Source of the DNA: an uncultured virus (IMG/VR IMGVR_UViG_3300026522_001173) | Taxonomy: Duplodnaviria > Heunggongvirae > Uroviricota > Caudoviricetes | Virus record (IMG/VR): IMGVR_UViG_3300026522_001173 | Strand: one strand, 5' to 3' | DNA length: 64,000 nt | Part shown: positions 46,724 through 56,762 of the stretch, in pieces | How the letters are laid out: the number at the start of each line of letters is the position of its first letter | How positions within the stretch are numbered: position 1 is the first letter of the stretch | Notes under the pieces: model-generated | Seen by the model: the letters and a program-made list of their open reading frames with translations, nothing else | What the model was told of the DNA's origin: nothing | The model's database searches: none | Made by a program: the position numbers and the translations under genes

Positions 46724-48538
46724 TTATTCGCCCGGAAACTGTGAGTAATACACAATGCCGGAAAGCACGAAGCATACGCACGGAAGTGCCACACCGTTGC
46801 CCCACATTTTATATTCTGCAGAGTCGGAATACGGGTCTGTCAGCCATTTCCTGATCTGCTTTGAGGTCTTCGGCTTGCCGTCAGGATTCGTTGCCTTTCG
46901 CCATGTCTCGAACACCTTATACCAGAAGTACATCTCCTCATCAGTCGGCTTCTCCGTTCCGAGGTCATCGCACCACCAGTCAGGAAAGCCCTGCAGCCTT
47001 GCACACTCGGTCGGTGTCAGCCTGCGGACGATATAGTCTGTATCATCCTTATCATTGATGAGCGGCGGGTCTTTATAGTCCGTTGCCACAAGCGTGGATG
47101 CCAGTTCCTCAGTCGCTTCGGTAAAGAAGGATGCCTTGCTCGAAGAGTATGTCGGCTCTGCAACTGCACCCGGACCTTTTGCCACGATGGTCGGCTCTAC
47201 TTCCGTTTCCACGGCAAAGCCGAACTTAGCGTTCTGCCCCTGGTTGAATGCCGCACGGTCGATGCCATAGGCAACAGCATGCTGTTCTGTGGCATTGAGC
47301 GTATACATGACATCGGATTCCTTATAACCGTCACCCTTATGGGAAGGCCGTGTTCCGTTGCCTTCGATCACTGCCATGCCGCCCTGGTTGCAGGAGGGAT
47401 TGCCGCCGTTTCCGTCAAGCGTTCTTGAGGTTGTGGCCTCATAAAAACCGCTGTGAGGATTGGCAGACTTCATGGCATTGCTGTCTTTGGAGCAGATGCC
47501 ATAAACCTTCGGCTGGAACAACGTCTGGTCGTTATGGGTGCCGAGCGTAGCGGACTTATCATCCTGTATCAAAGCGCCCTTGCCGCCGCCTTCACAGCCG
47601 GAGCGGATCTTCAGCGTTTTCGGTGTCTCCACCACGAACGGCTGATTGTACCCGCCGGTCCCGAAGGTGGAAAGAACAGTCTGTGCCACATCAAGCGGAC
47701 CCGTATATCTGGAATCCTGCGAGTGGTTCTCAAATACGAGCGGAGGATGGTTTGCCCCGGCACGAAGCGTACAGGTAACATCCTCTGTCACGTCCATCCG
47801 CTGACCGCCCTGGTCGTTTAAGCACAGGTGGCTTGCCTTTGCAATGCTCTCTGCAGCATCGGCGGCAGCTCCTTGCCACGAGCGGAAGCCCTCCGCAGAA
47901 TACCCAGACAGGCCTTCTGACTCAAATAATATTTTTCCGGCACTCCCGTCTGCAAAATCTGCGACAAGGTAGATACGTTTTCTTCTCTGGGGGACTCCCC
48001 AGTATTGCGCGTCCAGGAGTCTCCAGGCAACGGAGTAACCGTCTCCCACGATCTCTCCTGCGTACTGCCACTTCTTAACAGAAGGAACTGATACGGTCTC
48101 ATCTGCGATGTGGCAGATGCTTTTGAGGACGCATCGGAAGTCCTCTCCTTTGTTTGAGGAGAAGGCGCCGGGAACGTTTTCCCAGACGATATATCTTGGA
48201 TATTTGCCATTGGTCTTTACCCTCATTTCCTTAATGATACGGACGGCTTCATAAAAAAGACCGGAGCGGTTGCCGTCCAGTCCTTCACGCTTGCCTGCGA
48301 TGCTCATATCCTGGCACGGGCTGCCGAATGTAATGATATCCACAGGCTCGACCTCTCCGCCGTCCATAAGGGAGACATCGCCGTAGTGCTTCATCTGAGG
48401 CAGGCGTTTCGTGGTCACCCGGATGGGGAAAGGTTCGATCTCCGATGCCCATACCGGAGTGATACCGGAAAGCAGACCGCCGAGGGGAAAGCTACCGGAG
48501 CCGTCAAACAGGCTCCCAAGTGTCAGTTTATTCTCCAT
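46724..48538 (-). CDS. C5-cytosine DNA methyltransferase with long multi-TRD variable region
   Basis: SLFDGSG, GSPCQD, ENVPG, QRRKRIY, RRLTPTECARLQGFP and GNGV motifs. Confidence 0.95.
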   Translation of the reverse strand: MENKLTLGSLFDGSGSFPLGGLLSGITPVWASEIEPFPIRVTTKRLPQMKHYGDVSLMDGGEVEPVDIITFGSPCQDMSIAGKREGLDGNRSGLFYEAVRIIKEMRVKTNGKYPRYIVWENVPGAFSSNKGEDFRCVLKSICHIADETVSVPSVKKWQYAGEIVGDGYSVAWRLLDAQYWGVPQRRKRIYLVADFADGSAGKILFESEGLSGYSAEGFRSWQGAAADAAESIAKASHLCLNDQGGQRMDVTEDVTCTLRAGANHPPLVFENHSQDSRYTGPLDVAQTVLSTFGTGGYNQPFVVETPKTLKIRSGCEGGGKGALIQDDKSATLGTHNDQTLFQPKVYGICSKDSNAMKSANPHSGFYEATTSRTLDGNGGNPSCNQGGMAVIEGNGTRPSHKGDGYKESDVMYTLNATEQHAVAYGIDRAAFNQGQNAKFGFAVETEVEPTIVAKGPGAVAEPTYSSSKASFFTEATEELASTLVATDYKDPPLINDKDDTDYIVRRLTPTECARLQGFPDWWCDDLGTEKPTDEEMYFWYKVFETWRKATNPDGKPKTSKQIRKWLTDPYSDSAEYKMWGNGVALPCVCFVLSGIVYYSQFPGE

Positions 48539-49784
48539 CCGGCACCTCCACTTCCGCGTAAGGGATCTCTTTCCCGTCACGCACAACAAACACATCCGAG
48601 GCATCGCCGTTTTTGAATTCGATGTATCTTTTCACTGCTACGTCCACAAACTTCGGTTCCAGTTCGATGCCGCAGCAGATACGGTTCAGCTGTTCACAGG
48701 CGATCAGCGTGGAAGCAGACCCGAGGAAACCGTCCAGGACGATCCCATTGGTCTGCGTACACTGCTTGATGAGGTATGCAATCAGCGGCACAGGCTTGCT
48801 TGATGGGTGCCCATGTCCGTCCTCCTTGGCATTTTTGATACCGTCAAACTCGAATACGGCCTTCTGCTTTTGATCCCCATACCAGATGTGCTTGCCATCT
48901 TTGCGCCAGCCCCAGATGATAGGTTCCATGTTGAACTTCCAGTCGGTACGCATAAGTGGCGCTCTCGGTTTCTTCCAGATCAGCCCCGCGCCGACCTTGA
49001 ATCCGGCATCCTCGTAGGCATCGTAGAACACCCTCGCCTTCATCGTGGCGTAGAAGACATAGATAGAGGCATCCGTTGCCATCGCATCATGGAAGCAATC
49101 GAATGCCTTCTTTAAGAACTTATATCCGTCCTCATCGGAGAGATCATCGTTTTTGATTTTGCCTACAGAGCTTTCCAATGCAACGAGATACGGAGGATCG
49201 GTGCAGACAAGGTTTACCTTGTTATCGCCCAGGACCGCTGCATAGCTTTCCGTCAGCGTGGAATCACCGCAATAGACTGTGTGCCTTCCAAGATGCCAGA
49301 TGTCTCCAGCCTTTGAAAAGACCGGACGCTCCAGTTCCGCATCGACATCAAAATCATCGTCTTCGGCATCTGTGCCATCATCAAATAGTTTTGACAGCTC
49401 CTTTTCATCGAAGCCCGTCAAGGCGATATCGAATGCTTCCGCCTGCAATGCTTCGATTTCCACCCGCAGAAGCTCCTCATCCCATCCGGCATCCATCGCC
49501 ATGCGGTTGTCGGCAATGATATATGCCTTTTTCTGTGCCTCGGTCAGATGGTCGGCAAACACGCACGGGACTTCCTTGATGTTTTCTTCCTTCGCCGCCA
49601 TGATCCTGCCGTGTCCGGCGATCACACCATAGTCACGGTCGATGATGACCGGATTGATAAAGCCGAACTCTCTGAGGGAGGAGCGGAGTTTATTGATCTG
49701 TTCCGGGGAATGGGTACGTGCATTGTTGACATACGGCACCAGCTTCTCGATCGAAACAAGCTGCATTTCTGTTGTAGTCTTCAT
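48528..49784 (-). CDS. ParB-N fused N6-A/N4-C DNA methyltransferase
   Basis: ParB motifs NARTH and AGHGR; methyltransferase motifs TDPPY, HPSSKP and LDGFLGS. Confidence 0.93.
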   Translation of the reverse strand: MKTTTEMQLVSIEKLVPYVNNARTHSPEQINKLRSSLREFGFINPVIIDRDYGVIAGHGRIMAAKEENIKEVPCVFADHLTEAQKKAYIIADNRMAMDAGWDEELLRVEIEALQAEAFDIALTGFDEKELSKLFDDGTDAEDDDFDVDAELERPVFSKAGDIWHLGRHTVYCGDSTLTESYAAVLGDNKVNLVCTDPPYLVALESSVGKIKNDDLSDEDGYKFLKKAFDCFHDAMATDASIYVFYATMKARVFYDAYEDAGFKVGAGLIWKKPRAPLMRTDWKFNMEPIIWGWRKDGKHIWYGDQKQKAVFEFDGIKNAKEDGHGHPSSKPVPLIAYLIKQCTQTNGIVLDGFLGSASTLIACEQLNRICCGIELEPKFVDVAVKRYIEFKNGDASDVFVVRDGKEIPYAEVEVPDGE

Positions 49785-50566
49785 CGCACAAGCCCCCATT
49801 CCGCAAATTTCTCAAAGCCTCCGATGGACCTGATATAGTCCCTGGCCGTCTCTACGATCTCACTGTAAGGAATGCCATCGATCTCTTCATCGCCGATGGC
49901 GCAGCAGACTTCCACGGGGATTCCTGTTTCCTGCGCCTGAAGCCATGCGTAGATGTTTACCGACACATCAGCTTTACTAAGGTCTTTGCCGTGCAGACCG
50001 CCGCCTGTAACGGAGTCCGCCATATCGCTGCCCAGTTTCCGGTTGGTAGCGCCGGAATCCACATCCGTACCGCCTGTCCAATCACCGATAGGATTGACTT
50101 CGGCAGCCGGATACACCTCTTTCAAATGTCTGCTGTCAGCATTGCTCTGGCAGATGATGAGCCGTGCCTGGTCGAGAATGTACTTTCCGTCTGCGTGATA
50201 TGTGTTATACATAAATTTCGCAATGTCGGTCAGCGCCTTCTGCTCCTCCGTCACGGGAACACCTTTAAAAATGCCGTTATCACCACAGCGGATCATCCCA
50301 TCCTGATTATCGGAAAGATGTACATCTTGCGGCACTTCTCTGTAATCACAGATAAGATTTCCAGCGATACGCTTTACAATGTTCTCCACATCCTCACGCG
50401 GAATGGAAACAGAAGTCTCCGCAATAATATGGCAGATTCCGTGTCCGACCAGGACCTCAACAGCGATCCTCGGATCTTTTTCTTTTGCATAAGCCGCATC
50501 CACAAGGGCCCCGGCGATGCGGTCAGCCACCTTGTCGGGATGGGCCGGATTTACTTTTTCGTACAT
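49781..50566 (-). CDS. metK: Phage S-adenosylmethionine synthetase-like protein (short MetK)
   Basis: EKV.PAHPDKVAD, GDNG, DSGATNRK and GGGLHGKDLSKAD motifs. Confidence 0.85.
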   Translation of the reverse strand: MYEKVNPAHPDKVADRIAGALVDAAYAKEKDPRIAVEVLVGHGICHIIAETSVSIPREDVENIVKRIAGNLICDYREVPQDVHLSDNQDGMIRCGDNGIFKGVPVTEEQKALTDIAKFMYNTYHADGKYILDQARLIICQSNADSRHLKEVYPAAEVNPIGDWTGGTDVDSGATNRKLGSDMADSVTGGGLHGKDLSKADVSVNIYAWLQAQETGIPVEVCCAIGDEEIDGIPYSEIVETARDYIRSIGGFEKFAEWGLVR

Positions 50567-50567
50567 A

Positions 50568-51116
50568 TCAAATGCCCTTCCTTTCATGTAGTAATTTGTC
50601 GAGATCATCGTTTGGATTCATTCCGGAGTAGTCTGCGGAACAGTTCTCCTTGACGATCTGCATGATGGCATCCCATTGCCGGGTAGCCTGATTCATATAG
50701 TTGATGCCAATATTGATAAACGGCGATGTGATTGGCTTATTGGTAGTCGGATGCCGTGAAAGAAATCCCAGTTCATTCGTCATTTCCTCGCACTGCAGCC
50801 ACCTCGCACGACACATCGCATACTGCTCAATGACCTGCGGGGACACATACGCTGTTGCATTCAGTTTGTCAAGCCATTTCCATACGGCTTCATATATCTC
50901 GGCGGCTTTCAGCTTTGTGCCATCCTTCTGTGTGGCGGACAGGATCTCATCGGGCTTAGGCATGTCACTACCTTCCACATCTGGAATATCCAGGACAGTA
51001 AGTTTCCTGCCGCCAGGATTACCATTGGCTGCTTTTTCTGCGACACCTTTGGCTTTCCTGCCTGCGCCCGGCCTTCTGCCGCCGCGTCCGCCTGTGTTAT
51101 TCGATTTTGTCGGCAC
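50568..51116 (-). CDS. terS: Terminase small subunit (P27 family)
   Basis: GGRRPGAGRK, GNPG.R.L and SPF motifs; follows the HNH gene and cos region. Confidence 0.85.
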   Translation of the reverse strand: MPTKSNNTGGRGGRRPGAGRKAKGVAEKAANGNPGGRKLTVLDIPDVEGSDMPKPDEILSATQKDGTKLKAAEIYEAVWKWLDKLNATAYVSPQVIEQYAMCRARWLQCEEMTNELGFLSRHPTTNKPITSPFINIGINYMNQATRQWDAIMQIVKENCSADYSGMNPNDDLDKLLHERKGI

Positions 51117-51179
51117 GTTCTCACCGCCCTTTCTATCAGATTTTTATACAGGGTCCTTTATTACCCTTTTGATTTCGCC

Positions 51180-51249
51180 ATTTTTGAACACGACACCCCG
51201 CGCCGTTGCCCGGAGGGACCACACACAGAGATTTGACCCGCCCCTCCTG
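51180..51249 (-). other. Probable cos packaging region
   Basis: GC-rich GGGGCGGGTCAAATCTCT...AACGGCGCGGGG between HNH and terS, the usual location in HNH-dependent cos phages. Confidence 0.55.
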
Positions 51250-51609
51250 TCACCGCCTGATCTGCCGATCGCCCATCTCAAGATGGATCTTCGTATGACA
51301 GGACTGGCAAAGACTCATCAAATTTGCCGGATCATGCGTCCCGCCCTCGGACAACGGCACGATGTGGTGGACTTCCTCCACCGCAACATACCGTCCGTTC
51401 TTCAAGCACTGTTCACAAAGAGGATGCTTGGTTGCGTAACGGTGACGGATACGCACCCAGGCTCTGCCGTAGCGTTTTCCGGGAGAATACCCACGCTGGA
51501 ACTTCTCGTAGTGCTGCTCCATCTGTTTCGCGTGTTCCTCACAATAAACGCCGTCCGTAAGATTCGGACAGCCGGGATAGCGGCACGGTCTCTTTGGTTT
51601 CCTTGGCAT
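51250..51609 (-). CDS. Terminase-associated HNH endonuclease
   Basis: PLCEQC, VHHIVPLSEGGTH...NL.SLC.SCH motifs. Confidence 0.93.
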   Translation of the reverse strand: MPRKPKRPCRYPGCPNLTDGVYCEEHAKQMEQHYEKFQRGYSPGKRYGRAWVRIRHRYATKHPLCEQCLKNGRYVAVEEVHHIVPLSEGGTHDPANLMSLCQSCHTKIHLEMGDRQIRR

Positions 51610-51750
51610 AGCCGCCTCCTTTCCGCGCATAAGAAAAGCCCCGGAAGGATCGCTCCCATGAGGCTCGTCTCATTCTGCTTTTCGCTGATTATACTATAAC
51701 ATAGACGGCACTGTGGTTACTTGTTGCAAAGTGTTGCAAACCGTGCAAGT

Positions 51751-52176
51751 TTATATCCGTATGGGATCCTCCGGCAGCGTCACATGGTTCAGCGCCGAGT
51801 TATGCCAGCGGTATACGGTCGTGCGGTCAGCATTCAATTCATCCCCGATCTGTTCCCAGGTCATGTTGTGGATATAACGGTAGCGGAGAACCATCTGCTC
51901 ATCCGCATTGGATGCCGTTGCGATTACCTCCCGCATCTGTGCCTTGAGGTCAATGAGCCGGTCGATTTCAGAATTGATCTTCTGCTCCAGGTCCCAGACC
52001 TTCTCAAGGCACCGCACAAAGGGCGCTTCCGTCGGACGGTTCGGATTATGCCGTTCCTCCAGGCTTGGGGAGGAGACGCTTCCCGCCATATCGCGCAGAC
52101 GCTCCATTTCCTCGATGTCGGAATTGATCCTGTGGTCGAGGCGGTACGCCTGTCTGAGGTATTCTTTCGATGTCAT
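51751..52176 (-). CDS. ArpU/RinA-like late transcriptional activator (DUF1492-like)
   Basis: KEYL.Q...LD..I and a C-terminal sigma-4-like VLRYRY...WEQIG..L..DRTTVYRWH. Confidence 0.85.
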   Translation of the reverse strand: MTSKEYLRQAYRLDHRINSDIEEMERLRDMAGSVSSPSLEERHNPNRPTEAPFVRCLEKVWDLEQKINSEIDRLIDLKAQMREVIATASNADEQMVLRYRYIHNMTWEQIGDELNADRTTVYRWHNSALNHVTLPEDPIRI

Positions 52177-52391
52177 AATTCTTCCTCCTGTAATTTTCGC
52201 AGCAGCGCCTCACCGTCGATATCTGTGAGCGCCGCGAACCAGTCGGAACGGAAGAATGCCTCACAATCCGTTATCATGAGCTTCGCGTCTTCGTTCTTCG
52301 GCCGTTTTTTTTGTTTTTTCCTCGCCTCGCGGTAATCCTTTACGGCTTGCAGGACGATCGCGTTTGCGAGGTTTTCCCAGGGGTCGGTCAT
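52173..52391 (-). CDS. Conserved hypothetical phage protein
   Basis: LANAIV.QAVKDYR...FF.S.WF..LT.IDG motif. Confidence 0.75.
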   Translation of the reverse strand: MTDPWENLANAIVLQAVKDYREARKKQKKRPKNEDAKLMITDCEAFFRSDWFAALTDIDGEALLRKLQEEEL

Positions 52392-53740
52392 ACGGACGCC
52401 CTCAGATGCGCCTTGACCGCGTCGATGAGCGCGTTCTGCGTCCGCTCCTTTTTGCGTAGCGCCTTCATAACGTCCTCATCTATCGTGCCGGCGGTGATGA
52501 TGTGGTGGATGATGACCGTGTCCTTCTGTCCCTGGCGGTGAAGGCGGGCGTTTGTCTGCTGATACAGTTCAAGGCTCCATGTGAGACCAAACCATATGAG
52601 CGTGGAACCGCCGGACTGGAGATTCAGCCCGTGACCCGCGGAGGCAGGATGGATGATTGCCGCAGAAATCCTTCCCGCATTCCAGTCATCGATATCCTTC
52701 GAGGTCTTGATCTCCCTCACGGGAAATCTCGCCTTTATCCGCTCCGCATCGTGCTGATACCAGTAGGCGATCAGCACGGGCTTGCCGTTTGCGCCTTCGA
52801 TAAGGTCTTCCAGGGCGTCCAGTTTGCGGTCATGGATGTAGTGGCTGTTTTTATCCTCGTCATATACCGCTCCGTTCGCCATCTGGAGGAGCTTGCCGGA
52901 AAGCACCGCCGCATTTGCCGCGTCGATCTCCGTACCCTTTATCTTTGCGACCATATCCTCCCTGAAATTGTCGTATACAGCCTGTTCCTGTTCGTTCATA
53001 TATACGGGAACGGCGTTTATGACGCATTCCGGCAGCTTGAGGTAGTCGCAGGACTTCATGGAGATCGTGATGTCCGATATCTGCGCGTAGATCCGTTCCT
53101 CCGCGCCGGGGAGAGGCTTGTAGCTGAACACCACTTCGCCGTTCCGCTTGTCCGGGATAAAATAGGCATTCCGGTAATACGTGATGTACCGTCCGAGCCG
53201 TTTTCCGAGATCGAGCAGACGGAACTGCGCCCACAGATCCATGAGACCGTTGGAGGACGGCGTTCCCGTCAGCCCCACGACGCGCTTTACATGAGGCCGG
53301 ACTTTCAGAAGGCTTTTGAATCGTTTTGCCTGCCAGGACTTGAAGGACGAAAGCTCGTCGATGACGATCATGTCATAATCGAACGGCAGACCGCTTTTGT
53401 TTACGAGCCAGTCCACATTTTCGCGGTTGATGATATACAGGGATGATTTCTGCATGAGCGCCGCCTTCCGTTCGGCCTCCGTACCGACTGCTACGGAGTA
53501 TGTCAGTCCTGCGAGGTGATCCCATTTCCTTATTTCCGAAGGCCATGTGTCCCGCGCCACTCGCAGCGGGGCGATCACAAGCACTTTCCGTATAAGGAAG
53601 CTGTCGAGACACAGGTCGAAAAGCGCCGTCAACGTGATCACGCTTTTTCCGAGACCCATTTCAAGCAGTACCGCCGCTATGGGATGCGACAGGATGAACC
53701 GCGTCGCGTATGTCTGATATTCATGGGGTTCGTATCGCAT
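52388..53740 (-). CDS. SNF2-family helicase
   Basis: MGLGKS, IDELS, LTGTP, GHGLNLQ and QTNARL.RQGQ motifs. Confidence 0.95.
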   Translation of the reverse strand: MRYEPHEYQTYATRFILSHPIAAVLLEMGLGKSVITLTALFDLCLDSFLIRKVLVIAPLRVARDTWPSEIRKWDHLAGLTYSVAVGTEAERKAALMQKSSLYIINRENVDWLVNKSGLPFDYDMIVIDELSSFKSWQAKRFKSLLKVRPHVKRVVGLTGTPSSNGLMDLWAQFRLLDLGKRLGRYITYYRNAYFIPDKRNGEVVFSYKPLPGAEERIYAQISDITISMKSCDYLKLPECVINAVPVYMNEQEQAVYDNFREDMVAKIKGTEIDAANAAVLSGKLLQMANGAVYDEDKNSHYIHDRKLDALEDLIEGANGKPVLIAYWYQHDAERIKARFPVREIKTSKDIDDWNAGRISAAIIHPASAGHGLNLQSGGSTLIWFGLTWSLELYQQTNARLHRQGQKDTVIIHHIITAGTIDEDVMKALRKKERTQNALIDAVKAHLRASV

Positions 53741-54002
53741 TGAGTACCTCCTCGATCTGTTCTGTTCCGTCCACGCAGAAGACTCTGAAGCCGAGACTTT
53801 CCAATTGCCTCTTCCGTCTTACCTGCAGTGGACGCATTGTTTTGCCGGGGCTTTTCAGTTCCACAAACCCGGCACAGCCTCCGGGGAAGAGAACGATACG
53901 GTCCGGCACTCCGTCAAAGCCGGGAGATACAAACTTCAGCGCGATTCCTCCCATGTTTTTCGCCGTTTTTACGAGTTTTCTCTCGATATACTTTTCATTC
54001 AC
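53721..54002 (-). CDS. VRR-NUC nuclease
   Basis: E..IE...GVPDR...FVELK.PG...PLQ motif. Confidence 0.9.
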   Translation of the reverse strand: MNEKYIERKLVKTAKNMGGIALKFVSPGFDGVPDRIVLFPGGCAGFVELKSPGKTMRPLQVRRKRQLESLGFRVFCVDGTEQIEEVLNAIRTP

Positions 54003-54198
54003 TGTATTTCTCCCAGACCTGCCCCGGATCGAACCAGAGCCATATTTTCTCTCCATCACCATTGTCCACCTCCACTGTTTTGATGCCCTCTTCACGCTTC
54101 ATGCGTCTGACGGCGTATTTTGACAGTCCCTGTTTCTGGCAGATATCCTGCACTTTCCGGCAGTCCATAAATTCGCTGCCCACGATTTCTCTGATCAT
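53995..54198 (-). CDS. Small hypothetical protein (possible winged helix)
   Basis: 67 aa with GGAGG RBS, coupled to the VRR-NUC gene. Confidence 0.55.
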   Translation of the reverse strand: MIREIVGSEFMDCRKVQDICQKQGLSKYAVRRMKREEGIKTVEVDNGDGEKIWLWFDPGQVWEKYSE

Positions 54199-54219
54199 TT
54201 CAATTACCTCCGCTCGAAT

Positions 54220-54430
54220 GGAACAACAGCCGCAAAATTTCCTTACGCGCGCAAAAATGCGTGCCGTGATACGGTTTTTCTTTATATTTTTGTTTTGTTT
54301 TGTACTATATAGAAAAAGATGTTCCGTTGTTCCGAATTGCTCCGTTTCTGCCTGTATTCAATAGGTTTTACGGTGGAACAGCCACAACCGTCCTGTTCCG
54401 TTTGTTCAGTTGTTCCACCGCCTTGTTCCA
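54220..54430. repeat. TGTTCC iteron cluster with AT-rich tract (candidate replication origin)
   Basis: TGTTCC at 54320, 54328, 54394, 54411 and 54424; inverted copies at 54220 and 54375; T-rich tract at about 54274-54318. Confidence 0.6.
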
Positions 54431-54431
54431 C

Positions 54432-56762
54432 TTATTTGCGCTGATAGACTCGCTGCTTTCCGTAGATGGGGAGTCTCACCGATCTTGTCGTCCGCTCCCA
54501 CTCTCCGAACCTTGTCATGATGGATGCGATAGCATAGCTGTCAGAAGGCCTGATGTCCTCCTTCGCCTTGCCAAAGCACTCACACCATATCTCAATATTG
54601 GTGACCGTTTCGCGGCGTACCGTCCCTTTTACATTGAGGGGACCGTCCGGGTCCTGAACATACTCACGGCGCTGATAGACGTCCATCGTATCCCAGGTTT
54701 CCGGCAGGAGCATATCAAGGTAACGGGCAACAAGCCCCTCGCGGTCATCCCGCTCCATTGCCTCGGACTGTTCCTTTTTGGCAAACTCCTCCAGTTCGTA
54801 GCTTAAGAACAGGTCCTCTCCGGCATCGGCAAGGACGATGACCTCCGCCCAGATCTGGTCGACTGTCTCCTGCGTAAGATCCCAGGGTTTCATCCTGCCT
54901 GTACCCGGAACACGCACGTTCCAGAATCTGCGGTTGCCGGTGATATCACGCAGGTAGCCGTTCTCGCTGTTGGTGGTTCCGAAGAAGATGCACTGCCTCG
55001 GATGGGGAGTGACCCTTCTGCCGAAGGAGGCGCGGTACTTGTCATCGCAGCGGGACACGAAGGCTTTGACCTTCTCAAGGTCGGCTTTTCGCATGCCTGC
55101 CATTTCACCGATCTCGTGGATCCAGTAGCCCTGGAGTTTCTCCGCCGCCGTCTTGTCGTTCATGTCCGAAAGCGTCAGGCTGTCCGCAAACCACTCCATG
55201 CCGAGTTTGGCGATCAGCGTACTCTTGCCGATGCCCTGTTCGCCGTTCAGCACGGTAATGTAATCGAACTTGATGCCGGGATGGTAGATACGCATATAGG
55301 CGGCGCAGAGCGCCTTGCGTGTCACCGCCCGGACATACTCATTGTCCTGTGCGCCGAGATAGTCAATCAGCACCGTATCCACTCTCGGTATCTCATCCCA
55401 GACAGGCAGTGACTCGAAATACTCTTTGATGGGATGATAGGAACGGTCATCGGCGGCTTTGGTCACGGCGATGTCGTAGTTCCTCGCCGAAAAGCTGCCA
55501 TAGCAGGCATCGATATAGCAGATAAGCTGCGCATCGTCCGCATCCCGCCAGAACTTCGCCGGATGTTTCCAAGGAACCTCTCCGCAGATCTCCATGCCGT
55601 CCGCCAGCTGATTAAAGCGGATGTTTTTCATGTACAAGTCGTTTTCCATGATCAGGCGGATGTTATGAAGGGAGTTTTCCAGGACGCCGTTCTTGTTGCG
55701 CTGCAGTTTCTTCTTCCAGTCATCGTCCCCGGCATCGGCAAAATCCGTCTCCGCCTCCGCAAGCCTCTCGTTCGCCGCCGCGACCTTCACCTCATCCTGC
55801 TGCATGGCAAAATCGCACATCGCGCGGAAGGACGCCTTGTCATCCAAATCGCCGAACTTATGAATGCGGACGATATCAAAGGCGTTGCAGAGATGAAGAT
55901 ATGCCGGGTCTTTTGCATGGTGGGAATATACGAATTTATCATCCTTGATCTCCACGCCCGCCATGCTGTGTGACTCGATCAGATGCCAGCGGTTTTCGTT
56001 GTCCGTAGGCTCATACACATCCGAAAGAAATACCTCAAGTGCACGGGTAACGGGGAAGAAGACCCTGTTGAACAGACCGACCGTTCCGTCCTTCGTCAGC
56101 GGATCCTGCACTTTCTGCTGTGCGGTCGTATTTGCCTTGCTCTCACGGGAAGAGGTCGGCAGCCTTGTCGGATCCGTCCATTCCGGATGCGTGGACAGAA
56201 TATCGTCAGGGTTCAGCCAGCCGCCGTCCGTTTCCTTATACACGAATACGCCGTTTTGCGGAGAGGACGGCCAGTACATCAGCTGATTGGGCTGATAGCT
56301 GCATTCATCAAAAAAATCGATACCAAGCATCTGCGCCAGATACCTGGACACCGCCACGAATTCCTCTGGACTCAAATCCCGTGTCAGCGGGAATACAAGC
56401 CTTGCCCTCGGATTCTCGTCCGTATGGCTGTGCGTGGTATAAAGCGCGGATGTATACGGGCAGAGGGTTTCATAGTTATCCAGGAACTCCTTTGTGATAC
56501 GGTCGCCGTCCAGAGCGATCATGGAACGTTTCTCCACGGTCTCGACCTTTCGGCGACCGCCGATCAGGACGCCCGCGACAAAACCTCCGTGGTCTTTCGC
56601 AGCGTCCCTCTGTGCCTTTGACATCTTTGCGTATTCTTCAGCGGACTCCGTAGTTCGTATGGTCACCTTGAGCCGCTCCTTCAGATCATCAAACCGTATG
56701 GTCTTGTTGACCCATTTCTTTGCCTGACGGTTGTTGCCGTAGGCGATAGCAAGATCCCTCAT
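54432..56762 (-). CDS. Primase-helicase with virulence-associated E (VapE) domain
   Basis: N-terminal LDGD, TTHSH and PRARL primase-like motifs; GEQGIGKST Walker A; GTTN...L.D.TGNRRF. Confidence 0.92.
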   Translation of the reverse strand: MRDLAIAYGNNRQAKKWVNKTIRFDDLKERLKVTIRTTESAEEYAKMSKAQRDAAKDHGGFVAGVLIGGRRKVETVEKRSMIALDGDRITKEFLDNYETLCPYTSALYTTHSHTDENPRARLVFPLTRDLSPEEFVAVSRYLAQMLGIDFFDECSYQPNQLMYWPSSPQNGVFVYKETDGGWLNPDDILSTHPEWTDPTRLPTSSRESKANTTAQQKVQDPLTKDGTVGLFNRVFFPVTRALEVFLSDVYEPTDNENRWHLIESHSMAGVEIKDDKFVYSHHAKDPAYLHLCNAFDIVRIHKFGDLDDKASFRAMCDFAMQQDEVKVAAANERLAEAETDFADAGDDDWKKKLQRNKNGVLENSLHNIRLIMENDLYMKNIRFNQLADGMEICGEVPWKHPAKFWRDADDAQLICYIDACYGSFSARNYDIAVTKAADDRSYHPIKEYFESLPVWDEIPRVDTVLIDYLGAQDNEYVRAVTRKALCAAYMRIYHPGIKFDYITVLNGEQGIGKSTLIAKLGMEWFADSLTLSDMNDKTAAEKLQGYWIHEIGEMAGMRKADLEKVKAFVSRCDDKYRASFGRRVTPHPRQCIFFGTTNSENGYLRDITGNRRFWNVRVPGTGRMKPWDLTQETVDQIWAEVIVLADAGEDLFLSYELEEFAKKEQSEAMERDDREGLVARYLDMLLPETWDTMDVYQRREYVQDPDGPLNVKGTVRRETVTNIEIWCECFGKAKEDIRPSDSYAIASIMTRFGEWERTTRSVRLPIYGKQRVYQRK

